A stretch of DNA of 64,000 nucleotides. Origin: Alphaproteobacteria bacterium (lineage in GTDB: Bacteria; Pseudomonadota; Alphaproteobacteria; RF32; CAG-239). The notes under the pieces were generated by a model. The model did no database searches. It saw only the letters and a program-made list of their open reading frames with translations, and was not told the DNA's origin. The stretch covers positions 85,945 through 149,944 of the forward strand of contig JBGUGE010000076.1 in assembly GCA_045111335.1 (NCBI GenBank), read 5' to 3'. Shown here in pieces: positions 19,653-29,405 of the stretch (position 1 is its first letter; every line of letters begins with the position of its first letter). A program made the position numbers and the translations under genes.

Positions 19653-21425
19653 CTAATAAATCGGTCGCTGATCAAGCAAACCACACCACCGCTCGACTTC
19701 GTCTAAATCAATATAGCCTTTCAGCATCCGCTCGATGGCGGCCTCACGAAGCGGCCGTCCGTTCAGCTCACTTACCCAATAATCAATGGCATCTTTGGTT
19801 TCGCCCTTAATCATGAGCTGCAGAAAATGGGCATCCGGCAAAATGATTTCCGGCACGGACATTCGGCCGATAACGCCCTTATTATCACAGAACTTGCAGC
19901 CCGGACCGCGAACGTAGGTATTATCGACACCATATTCGCCGAGCGCAGTTTCCAAACGCTTAAACGACGGGTCGTTCATTCTCTTTTTAACCTGAACACG
20001 GCAATACGGGCAAATTTTGCGGAATAAACGTTGCGAAATCAGCCCTTTCATAATCTCCGGATCTTCCAACATATACGACTGTACACCCATATCACGCAGA
20101 CGGGTAATGATTGCCGGTGCCGAGTTGGCGTGCAGGGTTGACCACACGCTGTGTCCGGAAAGTGCGCCGCGGAACACCAAGGTTGCTGCGGAAAGAGTAC
20201 GAATTTCGCCGACCATTATCACGTCCGGATCGGAACGCAGAGCAGCCGACAAAGCTTTGTTGAACGCATCATCTTTTTCTTCTTCGGAACTGGCGTTGGT
20301 AACCGGCATTTGCCGCGCGCCCGGAATCGGATACTCCGGCGGGTCTTCCACGGTAATTACGTTAATTTCGTTGTTATGCTCTTGCAACAACTTAATCATA
20401 TTGCGTTGCAGAGTAGTGGATTTACCGGAACCGGTAGGTCCGGCAATGATTTTAAGGCCGGTTGCACTGGCGCGCAAACGATAGAATAAATCGATTTCAC
20501 GGTCGCCCAAACCGAGCGAACGCAAGTCGCCGTCGCCGTTCGGATTGTCATCAGCATACAAAAGACGCATGACCAAATATTGCGAGCCGAACGCCACCGG
20601 ATTGAACTGCAGACGAATAGCTAATATGTTATGCGGCAAACGTAACTTACCGTTGGTGCCGCGAAGCGGGGTAGACCCCAGTTTTTGCGCACCTTGGAAC
20701 TCATTTTGAGCATAGTTGGCATCAGAAATATCTGCAGATGCGAAAGCGGCACGCACAAACGCTTCGCCCCATTCTTTAGAATATTCCAACTCGCGTTCCA
20801 TCATACCGCTGGAACGAAAATAAACCACCGTAGAATTGCCTACAATAACGTGAATATCGGAAACTTTGTGAATGGCAGCGCGGCTGATAACACTCAAAAA
20901 GTCAATCTGCATCTGATAGTCGGACGTTTCTGCGGCCGAAATGTTAATCTGACCGGTACCGCGCTCGGCAAAAGCATAGATTGCAGCAATTTCCGCCGTT
21001 GAAATATAACGCGGGTCGGAAATAGGAATTTTGCGGCGGCGGGCGGTGGCGGTAAAGTTCAGAACCTTACCGTCAAAACGATGTGATTCGTCAACCAAAT
21101 AGGTACCGTCAGAGAATAACGCCAACATTCGGCGCGTTTCCGGATCAACGACGATTTCACCGTTTTCTAAGGTTAAAAGACGATTATCGTTGGCAAACAG
21201 GTGACGAAACGTATCTTGCGGATTGTCGTCGGCTTCCTGAATAATCTCGCCGGATTCTTCTATATCGGATACTTTTCTCGGAGTTTCCTTCTTAGGTGCC
21301 GTGTTTACAGGTGTCTCCGCCGACGGAGAGGCTGCGACAACAGGAGGGTTCACAGGAGATTTATCGACAGTCAATGCTGCCGATAAATCCGTCTTTGTTT
21401 CTGTGCTCTGAACCTCATCTGCCAT
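19653..21425 (-). CDS. GspE/PilB-family assembly ATPase (R64 PilQ-like)
   Basis: 590 aa. Walker A GPTGSGKST, VITVEDPPEY, Walker B DVIMVGEIR, His box SGHSVWSTLHAN, tetracysteine CPYC...CKFC. A ~70-aa low-complexity N-terminal extension. Confidence 0.9.
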   Translation of the reverse strand: MADEVQSTETKTDLSAALTVDKSPVNPPVVAASPSAETPVNTAPKKETPRKVSDIEESGEIIQEADDNPQDTFRHLFANDNRLLTLENGEIVVDPETRRMLALFSDGTYLVDESHRFDGKVLNFTATARRRKIPISDPRYISTAEIAAIYAFAERGTGQINISAAETSDYQMQIDFLSVISRAAIHKVSDIHVIVGNSTVVYFRSSGMMERELEYSKEWGEAFVRAAFASADISDANYAQNEFQGAQKLGSTPLRGTNGKLRLPHNILAIRLQFNPVAFGSQYLVMRLLYADDNPNGDGDLRSLGLGDREIDLFYRLRASATGLKIIAGPTGSGKSTTLQRNMIKLLQEHNNEINVITVEDPPEYPIPGARQMPVTNASSEEEKDDAFNKALSAALRSDPDVIMVGEIRTLSAATLVFRGALSGHSVWSTLHANSAPAIITRLRDMGVQSYMLEDPEIMKGLISQRLFRKICPYCRVQVKKRMNDPSFKRLETALGEYGVDNTYVRGPGCKFCDNKGVIGRMSVPEIILPDAHFLQLMIKGETKDAIDYWVSELNGRPLREAAIERMLKGYIDLDEVERWCGLLDQRPIY

Positions 21426-21442
21426 CGTTTTTTCATCATTTG

Positions 21443-23287
21443 TTATTTAACAAACATGCCTCGACTGAACGACGGTGCGGAAACATGAGGACTGCTCGGT
21501 GAACCGCTGCCCTTAGCCGATTTATTATTCGATCTGTTGGCGTTCCGTTGAGACTTATTAACCGTCGGAGCAGAAGAGTCTTTCTTTGGCTTGGTTTGCT
21601 TTTCTTTTTCCTGCTTTTTGGCTTTTCTCATCGCTTTTTTGTCGGCTGCCGACATCTCCTCAAGGGCATCACTCAAAGTTTCTTCATTGTCGGATGCGGC
21701 GCTTAACAGCTCGCTGGTGCCGCCGAAAGTTGCCTCCGGCTCATATTCCATAACGGTGTTGCCGGTATACAAATAACTCTTTACACCCTTATTTTCAAAG
21801 GAAATGTAATGGTCGGTAATTGAGGTAACAACTTCACCGTTTTTCAGCATTGAACCTTTGTGAACAATAAACATTTTGCCTTCACGGTTGATGATTTTTG
21901 CCACAATATCGTCGCCCTTACCGGTGATATCCATAATGGCATATTGTTGCGACATATCCACATCGTTTTTATTCGGCGTATCTTCATCTTCATTAAACGG
22001 ATTGGATGCAGCTTCCTGAATTTCTTTAATTCTCTGGAGGCTGTCACGCAACTCACGATTCAAGTCATTGATGGTGCCTTCCAAATCAGCAATCTTCTTG
22101 TTGAATTCGTCAACCACTTTCTGGTGTTCGCTGACTACCAAAACAGCATGTTTTTTGGTTTTTTCGATTTCCTTATCAATATCGGTAATTTTGGTTTTGA
22201 AGGTTTCAATCAAATCAATACGCTCATCTTCAAGCTGTTTAATCCGGCCTTGCAATTTGGCGCTTTTTTCCACCCATTGCTGATTCATCATCAACATTTC
22301 ATTCATATAATCGTTGATGACCTTGCCCTGTCTGAGTTTTTCAAGCTCCATTTCTTTTTCTTTAAGCTTGCGTTGCTCTTCCAAAATCTTAGCCTGACGC
22401 TCGGCCTCTGCCTTTTTGCGTTCTTCTTCGATTTGCAATTTGGCGCGGCGGGTTGCCTCGATAATAGCTAAACTCTTTTGGCGTTCTTCCAAAACTTTGG
22501 TACGGAGTTCTTCGCGCTTTTTCTCCAGTTGCAATAAAGTGGCCTCTTTTTCAATATGAGACATCTGGTTGAACAAATTGTTGTCAACCTTGGAAAGAAT
22601 TGCGTTACCGAATTTTTCCAACGGAGATTTAGGCGCGTCCGCATCCGGCAGAGCCGGTTCCAATTCGTTGAGTTCGTCAAAACCTTTATCCAATTCCTCG
22701 TCATTGAGCGGATTATTTTGCAAATCCTCGTCGCCCGGCAAGTCCATCAGCTTTAATCCGCTGTCTTCAGCCGGTTGAGCCGCGGTTTTCGGCATATCAC
22801 CCATCAATTCGTTGTTGTTGAGAAAATCCTCAGGCGACTGCTCGTTCAAAAAGTCTAAACCCTCATCATCCGATTTCGGCTGTACGGCAACCGGTTCGGC
22901 CTGCGGAGCGATTTGTGCCGCGTCTTGAACGGCTTCGGCCGCAGCCTCTTTAACTTCTGCCGGAACGTTTTGTACGGCATTATCGACCGCTTCAACCGCT
23001 TTGTTTGCGGCATCCCCGGCAGCGTTTACGGCTTTTTCGGCATTATCGACGGCCACAGCCGCGGTATCAATGGCTTTGTCCGCGGTTTCTATGGCATTTT
23101 CGGTGGCGCTTGCTACCGGCTGAATCAAACCATCAACCGGATTAGCCGGAACAGGAGCCGAAGCAATATTTTCCGATGCTGCCGCGGCATTTTCGTCAGC
23201 GGCAAAACTTGCATGATTCAGCGTCAGCGTAAATACAAAAGCTAACGCGATGACAGCCACGGCTTTATTTTTCAGATTATAATTCAT
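21443..23287 (-). CDS. PilP-like pilus biogenesis protein with a greatly expanded Ala-rich, acidic and coiled-coil linker and a basic tail
   Basis: AAGGAG RBS before the ATG at 23287 (MNYNLKNK...). Signal/anchor helix. Ala-rich, acidic and long K/E coiled-coil regions. The C-terminal beta-rich module (YAIMDITGKGDDIVAKIINREGKMFIVHKGSMLKNGEVVTSITDHYISF) resembles PilP-type domains. The position between the PilO-like gene and the ATPase gene matches R64 and PAPI-1 order. Confidence 0.5.
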   Translation of the reverse strand: MNYNLKNKAVAVIALAFVFTLTLNHASFAADENAAAASENIASAPVPANPVDGLIQPVASATENAIETADKAIDTAAVAVDNAEKAVNAAGDAANKAVEAVDNAVQNVPAEVKEAAAEAVQDAAQIAPQAEPVAVQPKSDDEGLDFLNEQSPEDFLNNNELMGDMPKTAAQPAEDSGLKLMDLPGDEDLQNNPLNDEELDKGFDELNELEPALPDADAPKSPLEKFGNAILSKVDNNLFNQMSHIEKEATLLQLEKKREELRTKVLEERQKSLAIIEATRRAKLQIEEERKKAEAERQAKILEEQRKLKEKEMELEKLRQGKVINDYMNEMLMMNQQWVEKSAKLQGRIKQLEDERIDLIETFKTKITDIDKEIEKTKKHAVLVVSEHQKVVDEFNKKIADLEGTINDLNRELRDSLQRIKEIQEAASNPFNEDEDTPNKNDVDMSQQYAIMDITGKGDDIVAKIINREGKMFIVHKGSMLKNGEVVTSITDHYISFENKGVKSYLYTGNTVMEYEPEATFGGTSELLSAASDNEETLSDALEEMSAADKKAMRKAKKQEKEKQTKPKKDSSAPTVNKSQRNANRSNNKSAKGSGSPSSPHVSAPSFSRGMFVK

Positions 23288-24542
23288 AAATTTCTCCTTT
23301 ATAAGTCCACTTTGCGTCATTAGAGTGAATATTGTATATTATATTTTTAATCGATAACCCTGAAAATTTCATTAACAAATCAATCCATTCCAACGGATCG
23401 TTATTTGAAGTAATGGTAAATTCCAATAATTGATATTTCGTTCCGCGCGGCGATACCCAAGAAATCGGGTTAAGCGCAATCTGCGAATTGAATTGTTGTA
23501 AATCTAACGCCTGATTGATATCGTTGATGGTATCAATTAAATCATCTTCCGTATATTCCGGAGGCGAATTAAAGGTTTTCGGCTTTTCAATCGGGGTGGT
23601 TACGATAATCTCGTTACCGTCACGTCCCAACACGCGTGATGTAAATTCCACACCGGAAACATCCAAAGCCTGTTCAATCCAGGTAAGACGCCCGTGTTCG
23701 CGTGTCCACGATGTTACCAGTCCGGAGTTCGGATTGCAGGTAATCGGACCCAAAATCCAACCCGGAGTCAGCACTTGAACAATTTTTTGAACACCAGAAT
23801 AGCAATTACGCATAACATCAACCGGATTATTCAAATCTTCCCAAGGTTTCGGCTCCGGCGGAAGCTCAGCCTGATCGGCCTGTTCAATCGGTGCAATTAC
23901 CGGTGCACTCGGTGCCGAGAAGAATAAATCTTTTAAGGTGGAATACGCAAACCAAAGGATAATGGCAAAGCAAACTACAATAACCGCCAACATAATCGTA
24001 TCGTTACTGGCATCGATTTTATCGAGTTTTACCTGCAGACCGCGGTTTAACAGCGGTTCCAATTCCGTTGATTTTGTATCTTCAATCGCCCATTCGGCCG
24101 GTGCATAAATTGCATCCCAATCCGGCACCGCCAACATGGATATAAATTGGTTTTTGGCGTCACGTTCGTTAATGAATAACGTATCACCGTCGGAAAGTAT
24201 AACGTCGTTACGATAACAAATATACCACCAACCGGTATCAACTTTAAACACACCCAAAAACGAAGTAACGTTTCCCAATCCGGAAATTAAGGCAATGGCC
24301 GCTGAAGGAAGCCCTTTGGTAAAGCCTTGAGAAGATGCCGCCAATCCGAACTGCGCCGACTTTCCTTTACGCGTAACATAAAGGTCTGCGCCTTCCAAGA
24401 TGTTTTCGGCCGCTTCTTTGACTTCCGGCAAAGGCTTATCTTCATTCAACAACGGTTGCCAGAACAGACTGGCGGCATAAACGGTACCTCCGCTGTTGAA
24501 TGTCGATTTCCAAGCCTTTTCTTCAGTTTGCATATCGTCCAC
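23277..24542 (-). CDS. PilO-like type IVb pilus accessory protein (bitopic)
   Basis: 421 aa with one central TM (IMLAVIVVCFAIILWFAY). Size, topology and position immediately after the secretin gene match R64 PilO and PAPI-1 PilO2. The family call is mostly by synteny. Confidence 0.5.
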   Translation of the reverse strand: MDDMQTEEKAWKSTFNSGGTVYAASLFWQPLLNEDKPLPEVKEAAENILEGADLYVTRKGKSAQFGLAASSQGFTKGLPSAAIALISGLGNVTSFLGVFKVDTGWWYICYRNDVILSDGDTLFINERDAKNQFISMLAVPDWDAIYAPAEWAIEDTKSTELEPLLNRGLQVKLDKIDASNDTIMLAVIVVCFAIILWFAYSTLKDLFFSAPSAPVIAPIEQADQAELPPEPKPWEDLNNPVDVMRNCYSGVQKIVQVLTPGWILGPITCNPNSGLVTSWTREHGRLTWIEQALDVSGVEFTSRVLGRDGNEIIVTTPIEKPKTFNSPPEYTEDDLIDTINDINQALDLQQFNSQIALNPISWVSPRGTKYQLLEFTITSNNDPLEWIDLLMKFSGLSIKNIIYNIHSNDAKWTYKGEIYEL

Positions 24543-24561
24543 TGGTTTTCTCCTCTAAAAG

Positions 24562-26169
24562 TTAGTCACTCATTCTGGATTCCGGTGATAACGGTGTTTC
24601 CAAAACTACCGGCGTTAACATAATCACCAAAAGCGAGCGACCTTTATCTGCGATGTTTTTACCGCCGAGCAACATATTGTCCGGATTACCGACGCCCTCT
24701 TTGGAAACTTTATCTTCAACGCGTTCATAACCGGCTAATACCAAGGTTTGTCCGGACTTCATGGCAACTTCCTGCGTAAAGCCGCGAGTTTCGATTTCCG
24801 GTTGCTGAACGGTAGCATTACCGCTTGTAAAGGTTGGCATACGAATCAATTCGGCCAAGGTCAGGTTAAAGAACACCATCAAACGGCCGTGATCCAAAAT
24901 CCTCGGCAAAATACTCATCATAAAGCCGGTGGTAAAATCGCCCGGTTCGATGGACGTATCGTTGTTTTCACTGCCGGTAGAAGTCGAGGAAACTTCTACT
25001 TTTTCGGCATATTTATGCGAACGCGTCACCTGAATCGGAGCCGGTTTGTTGTTCATGGTCGTAACCGTACCGCTGGTCACCAACTTGGTATTTTCTTGCG
25101 CAGATAAAGCCTGAATGGCTGCATTAACGTCCCATTTGCCGGAGGAGATGGCCATGGACAAGTTGTTGTTTACATCAGGAATTGCGCTACCGGTTGTAGC
25201 TACTAAGCTCTTGATGGAGCCGCCGCTAAATCCGAGTTTTTCCAAACTGAAGCCGTAAGAATCCGTGTCAGACAAACTGATTTGGAATACTTTTACGCTG
25301 ATGGCAACCTGCTTGGAGAGGCGGTCATTTTGTTCGTTAATATATTTGGCAATACGACGAATATTAGCCGGCGTATCGGTTACCGTTACGGTACCGTTTG
25401 CCTCACTGTAGGAGACGGAGCCTTTTTCGGTAATCATTGCATCCAATGCTTCGCGAATCTGATCCCACAGATTTAACTTGGAAACATCGCTGGTCTGATT
25501 GATGGCAGATTGTCCCGAGCTGCCGTCATCGCCGCCGCTGCCGCCGCCGTCAATACCGATATTGACATTCAAATTCGGGTTTGTCGGCAAGCTGTAAATC
25601 ACAAACGTTTTGGTTATATAGCGATAGAAATAGATTTCATTCTTTTCATATTTCCACCATACACCGAAACGGTTGGCAACTTCATCAAGCAAACCGCTGA
25701 GCGGACCTTTATAGTTTACAAGCATTTTGGTGGAATCGGTCCATTGTGCACCGATATCTTCCAAACTCGGCTCATTTTCATCGGCCACATCTTTAATTTC
25801 ATCATCATCTTCCAATTCCGGCGCATAACGAACGGATAAAGAAGTGATTTTGCTGATCATATTACCGATTTCAAAAAGCGTAATCGGACGGTTGCTGATT
25901 AAGGTAATACCGTCTTTGGCCTCCAAATAAGTCGGCACCGGCTCACCTTCAAACTCTACCTTCGACGAATCGCCGAGCCAAATATCATTTTTGACCCGTA
26001 CCACATCATCAGGAACCGGTGTATCCGGAACAGCAGCCTGCTGTTTTAAGGTAAGCGCCTGTTTGGTGGTTTGCGCAATATCTTCGTCCATTTGCGGAGA
26101 CATGGTGCAGGCCACGGTAATTCCCAAAATACCGAGAACAGTTGTTTTTAACAAATTAGTCATACGCAT
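24562..26169 (-). CDS. Lipoprotein secretin of the type IVb pilus PilN family
   Basis: Lipobox (GILGITVAC). C-terminal secretin domain (VTSGTVTTMNNKPAPIQV..., GQTLVLAGYERVEDKVSKEGVG..., LLVIMLTPVVL). The start at M8 (26169) is preferred over 26190. Confidence 0.8.
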   Translation of the reverse strand: MRMTNLLKTTVLGILGITVACTMSPQMDEDIAQTTKQALTLKQQAAVPDTPVPDDVVRVKNDIWLGDSSKVEFEGEPVPTYLEAKDGITLISNRPITLFEIGNMISKITSLSVRYAPELEDDDEIKDVADENEPSLEDIGAQWTDSTKMLVNYKGPLSGLLDEVANRFGVWWKYEKNEIYFYRYITKTFVIYSLPTNPNLNVNIGIDGGGSGGDDGSSGQSAINQTSDVSKLNLWDQIREALDAMITEKGSVSYSEANGTVTVTDTPANIRRIAKYINEQNDRLSKQVAISVKVFQISLSDTDSYGFSLEKLGFSGGSIKSLVATTGSAIPDVNNNLSMAISSGKWDVNAAIQALSAQENTKLVTSGTVTTMNNKPAPIQVTRSHKYAEKVEVSSTSTGSENNDTSIEPGDFTTGFMMSILPRILDHGRLMVFFNLTLAELIRMPTFTSGNATVQQPEIETRGFTQEVAMKSGQTLVLAGYERVEDKVSKEGVGNPDNMLLGGKNIADKGRSLLVIMLTPVVLETPLSPESRMSD

Positions 26170-26875
26170 TTTCGTCCTCCATTGTTTCAATTACCAGAAC
26201 GCGATTGCCTTTATAGAAAGTAGCAACCGGTGCCGGTTTTGCGCGAGCAAAAGCTCTGACTAACGCAGATGCCACATCGGCAAAATTGCCGCGGAACATT
26301 GCGCCGGCGTTCAGCGTATAATTACGATTCGTTTTCCAAACCAGCCGCCAACCGGCTTCTTCGCTCCACTGAACTAATAAATCTCTCAAACTCTGACCTT
26401 CTTCAGCCAACCAATCCTTATTCGGATCATCAACCTCCGGCTCTTCCGGCACGTCAACTATTTCCGGCATTTGGGCGTTTGATTGAATACCCGTGGTTTC
26501 GGATTCATATTCAATCACTTCGTCATTGATGCTCGGCATTGAAACGGCAGAAATATTATTACCGGCTGCGGCCTGCGTAATACGATGATCGCGCTGGGTT
26601 CTTTCACCGTAAGCGCGGAAATCAGCCTGCGTTCTGGTATAATTTACACCGCTGTTGTCTGTGCATTCACTGTACCCGGCGGCATTTTCAACGCAAACGG
26701 CCGTATATTCACTATTGCTGGTGCAAATACCGTTGCTGCATTGCTCGTCCGGATAATTCGGCGCTCCGTTGCCGTTGCTTGCGCTGATGCAACCGGTTGT
26801 GCCTAAAATGCAGCATACCAAGCCGGTAATCGCAAATTTATTTATCATCATCTTTCTTTCAATATTTTGTTTCAT
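26156..26875 (-). CDS. PilL/TcpQ-like lipoprotein
   Basis: Lipobox (LGTTGC). The C-terminal block DWLAEEGQSLRDLLVQWSEEAGWRLVWKTNRNYTLNAGAMFRGNFADVASALVRAF fits the TcpQ/PilL-type domain. Confidence 0.65.
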   Translation of the reverse strand: MKQNIERKMMINKFAITGLVCCILGTTGCISASNGNGAPNYPDEQCSNGICTSNSEYTAVCVENAAGYSECTDNSGVNYTRTQADFRAYGERTQRDHRITQAAAGNNISAVSMPSINDEVIEYESETTGIQSNAQMPEIVDVPEEPEVDDPNKDWLAEEGQSLRDLLVQWSEEAGWRLVWKTNRNYTLNAGAMFRGNFADVASALVRAFARAKPAPVATFYKGNRVLVIETMEDENAYD

Positions 26876-26922
26876 CGTATTTTCCTATGATACAGGTTAA
26901 AATTAGACAATTGCCAGCCGAA

Positions 26923-28578
26923 TCAATTCCACGGATTATCGGCGCGTTTGGTCGCCTCTATTCGCTGTTCGTCTGTTGCAAATCGCACATTCCTAATAAT
27001 AAAAGAGTTTGGTTCTCTGTCCGTAAACAAAATGTTTACTTTACGCTGTTCAACGCCGCTGTCCGCAAATATTTTATAAAGCATAGTCAGGCGTTTTTGT
27101 TGAACTTCAAAAGAAGCCGAACGATCAACTCTGATTTCAACGATAACATTGTCATTATTGACGGCATTATCGGCAAATGCATGCAGCCATTCTAACGTTT
27201 GGCCGGAAATTTCGGCACGATTAGGCTGAAACGATAACTTGAGCTCGGTCGGCATAATTTCCTGCTGATCCGGCTGATTGCCTAAAAGACGTTGAAAAAT
27301 CGAGCTGTGCTTATCTTTTGAGCTCTTATTATTTTTGGGCGCCGAGGCACCGGAAGCTGACTTGGACGGCATAATCCCGTCAAACCATGCGGCAACACTG
27401 TCCGACAGACTGCGCGAGGTTTGCTCGTCATCGTCGTCATCAGCATCTTTGCCGCTATTCTTGACATCGCTGTCGAAATCTTTTTCGTCGTCAATACTCG
27501 GAATAACTCCGTCGGCGGAAACTTTGCCGCCCGAAACTGACGAGGCTCTGTTTTGAATTTTTTCTTCTTCTTTTAATTCCGGAAGCTGATGCTTGTCTCG
27601 CAATTCCTGCTCTAATTGCAAATTTTCTTTAGAAGTGGAAAACTGCGGGGTCAGGTTTTTGTCGTTCATAATATCTTCCGGAATCGGCACCAAAATATTC
27701 GGGCGCAAATCATAAGCAACTTTTTGCTCATCAGGAGCTTGTGCATCCGGAAGCGTCACTTCCTGTTGCAACGGCTCACTCTTGGTTCCGTAGGTGTTTT
27801 TGGTTACGTGTTTGTTTGCCGTTTCCGCAACTTCCCACGGATCATTATAGTTGTCTTGGGTATAAACTTCGTGTTCCGTTGCATCGGTATTGTCGGCAAC
27901 TTCGTCTGAGCCGTCCGTAGCCAACGGTTCGGTAACGTCAGCGGTATTTTCCGTGCCTAAGTTATAAATACTGACATTTTTGGAGGCAAGTGCAATGCGT
28001 CCGCCGTCCGCCTCGTCAGAAACGGAAACAACACCGGTTTCTATTTTAAAATTATGCTTGAGCGGAATGGTAAAATTCGGCGCTGCGGAAGCATCGGCAA
28101 TCTGCAACTCAGGAGCATCTTCGGCTTCGGCAACGGTGGAAACATCGGTTGCGGTTTCAGCCGAAAAAGCTGTGGATAAAATATCGTCTGAGCTATAAGT
28201 TTCGCTACCCTTTACCCAATCACCGCCATCGTCAGCCGCATACAAAATCTCGTCAGAAGCAGCTGTATTCGGAGCTTCAACAACAGTGTTTGTCGGCGCA
28301 ATAACGGCGTCAGAACCTAAAGGCGCTTCCGCCGCAGACAGTTTTTTATACTTTTCATAAATCGGGTCACTTTCTTCATTAGCGGCAAAAAGCTCGATAT
28401 TCTTCGATTCAACCGTTGTTTCATCAGTTTCATTCTGTTGTGTGCTCAAAGACATAACAAGATATGCTTTCGTGGCAATAAACACCGCAACCAACGAAAG
28501 AAAAAAACTGCCCATAAAATATTTCAAATTCAGCTTCTGCATTTTAAAATCCCGTAGAATCAACGGATAAGGCCGCAT
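26923..28578 (-). CDS. Membrane-anchored acidic low-complexity protein with a degenerate OmpA/MotB-like C-terminal domain; first gene of the pil-like operon
   Basis: N-terminal TM (FMGSFFLSLVAVFIATKAYLV), then ~400 aa rich in D, E, T and A. The C-terminus LSFQPNRAEISGQTLEWLHAFADNAVNNDNVIVEIRVDRSASFEVQQKRLTMLYKIFADSGVEQRKVNILF follows the OmpA-like spacing. The true start may be the ATG at 28542. Confidence 0.6.
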   Translation of the reverse strand: MRPYPLILRDFKMQKLNLKYFMGSFFLSLVAVFIATKAYLVMSLSTQQNETDETTVESKNIELFAANEESDPIYEKYKKLSAAEAPLGSDAVIAPTNTVVEAPNTAASDEILYAADDGGDWVKGSETYSSDDILSTAFSAETATDVSTVAEAEDAPELQIADASAAPNFTIPLKHNFKIETGVVSVSDEADGGRIALASKNVSIYNLGTENTADVTEPLATDGSDEVADNTDATEHEVYTQDNYNDPWEVAETANKHVTKNTYGTKSEPLQQEVTLPDAQAPDEQKVAYDLRPNILVPIPEDIMNDKNLTPQFSTSKENLQLEQELRDKHQLPELKEEEKIQNRASSVSGGKVSADGVIPSIDDEKDFDSDVKNSGKDADDDDDEQTSRSLSDSVAAWFDGIMPSKSASGASAPKNNKSSKDKHSSIFQRLLGNQPDQQEIMPTELKLSFQPNRAEISGQTLEWLHAFADNAVNNDNVIVEIRVDRSASFEVQQKRLTMLYKIFADSGVEQRKVNILFTDREPNSFIIRNVRFATDEQRIEATKRADNPWN

Positions 28579-28971
28579 TCGGGCGGCAATTATCCTACTC
28601 TTTTGGTTGAAGATACAACGAATAACGTTAAAATACAGTTAATAGATGAAATAAAGTTGATTTGGTGCATTTTTGCGGCTGCATAAAAACAAAATGACTC
28701 GATGCAAAACTTTCCGTAAAATTCATAAATCGCAAAATCTGATTGCCGCCGCTTTAATATATATGCTTTTTTACTGCCGGCATTTTTACGATTTATTTAC
28801 AAATTAAGGATATTATAGCATCGTATATTTGTAATACGCACGCTGCCGAACCGCGGTATGAGGGACGAAAGCCATAAAAAGATTGTAACAAAAAATTCAT
28901 AAAAAACTTGTACGATTTTGAAAAAAAGTGTGTTATTATGAAAGTGTGGAGAACAGAAAAGGAGAAAAAAC

Positions 28972-29316
28972 ATGAAATTCTTGAAAAATAATATTTGCAC
29001 CATTTTGGCATTGGCATTGATTTTTTCAGTTGCCATGATGGGCGATGCTTCGGCTGCGTCGGTATTTGATACGGCAAAAAGTAAGTTAGGTAAGCTCTTC
29101 AGAGATACGAAGAGCGTATTGTTCATTATCGGCGGTTTCGGTTTGGTGGCTTTGGCCTTCCAAGCAATTTTCGGAAAGCTGAAATGGGCATGGTTTGCCG
29201 CTTTGGCTTTGGGTTTGGCCGTTGTGGCTGCTGCCGGTAAGGTTGTTGACTATGCGGTTTCTCCGCAAGACGGCGGTAAATTTACGGATTCCAGTAAGTT
29301 AGACGACTCTTTATAA
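28972..29316 (+). CDS. virB2: VirB2/TrbC-type pilin, paralog 1
   Basis: 114 aa. AAGGAG RBS. Signal peptide ending ASA. Two hydrophobic helices separated by KLKW (VLFIIGGFGLVALAFQAIFG / AWFAALALGLAVVAAAG). Confidence 0.75.
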   Translation: MKFLKNNICTILALALIFSVAMMGDASAASVFDTAKSKLGKLFRDTKSVLFIIGGFGLVALAFQAIFGKLKWAWFAALALGLAVVAAAGKVVDYAVSPQDGGKFTDSSKLDDSL

Positions 29317-29358
29317 TAGTCACAGCAAACCAATAGTAGTTTGAATTTTCAGTTTGCG

Positions 29359-29381
29359 GGGAGAAAGTTTTCCTTTCTCCC
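29359..29381 (+). promoter_or_regulatory. Perfect 9-bp intercistronic stem-loop after the first pilin gene (GGGAGAAAG-ttttc-CTTTCTCCC), without a U-tract
   Basis: Read directly from the sequence. It lies 43 nt after the virB2-1 stop and 25 nt before the next start. Confidence 0.5.
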
Positions 29382-29405
29382 TCAGACTGAAAGAAAGGAG
29401 GAATT

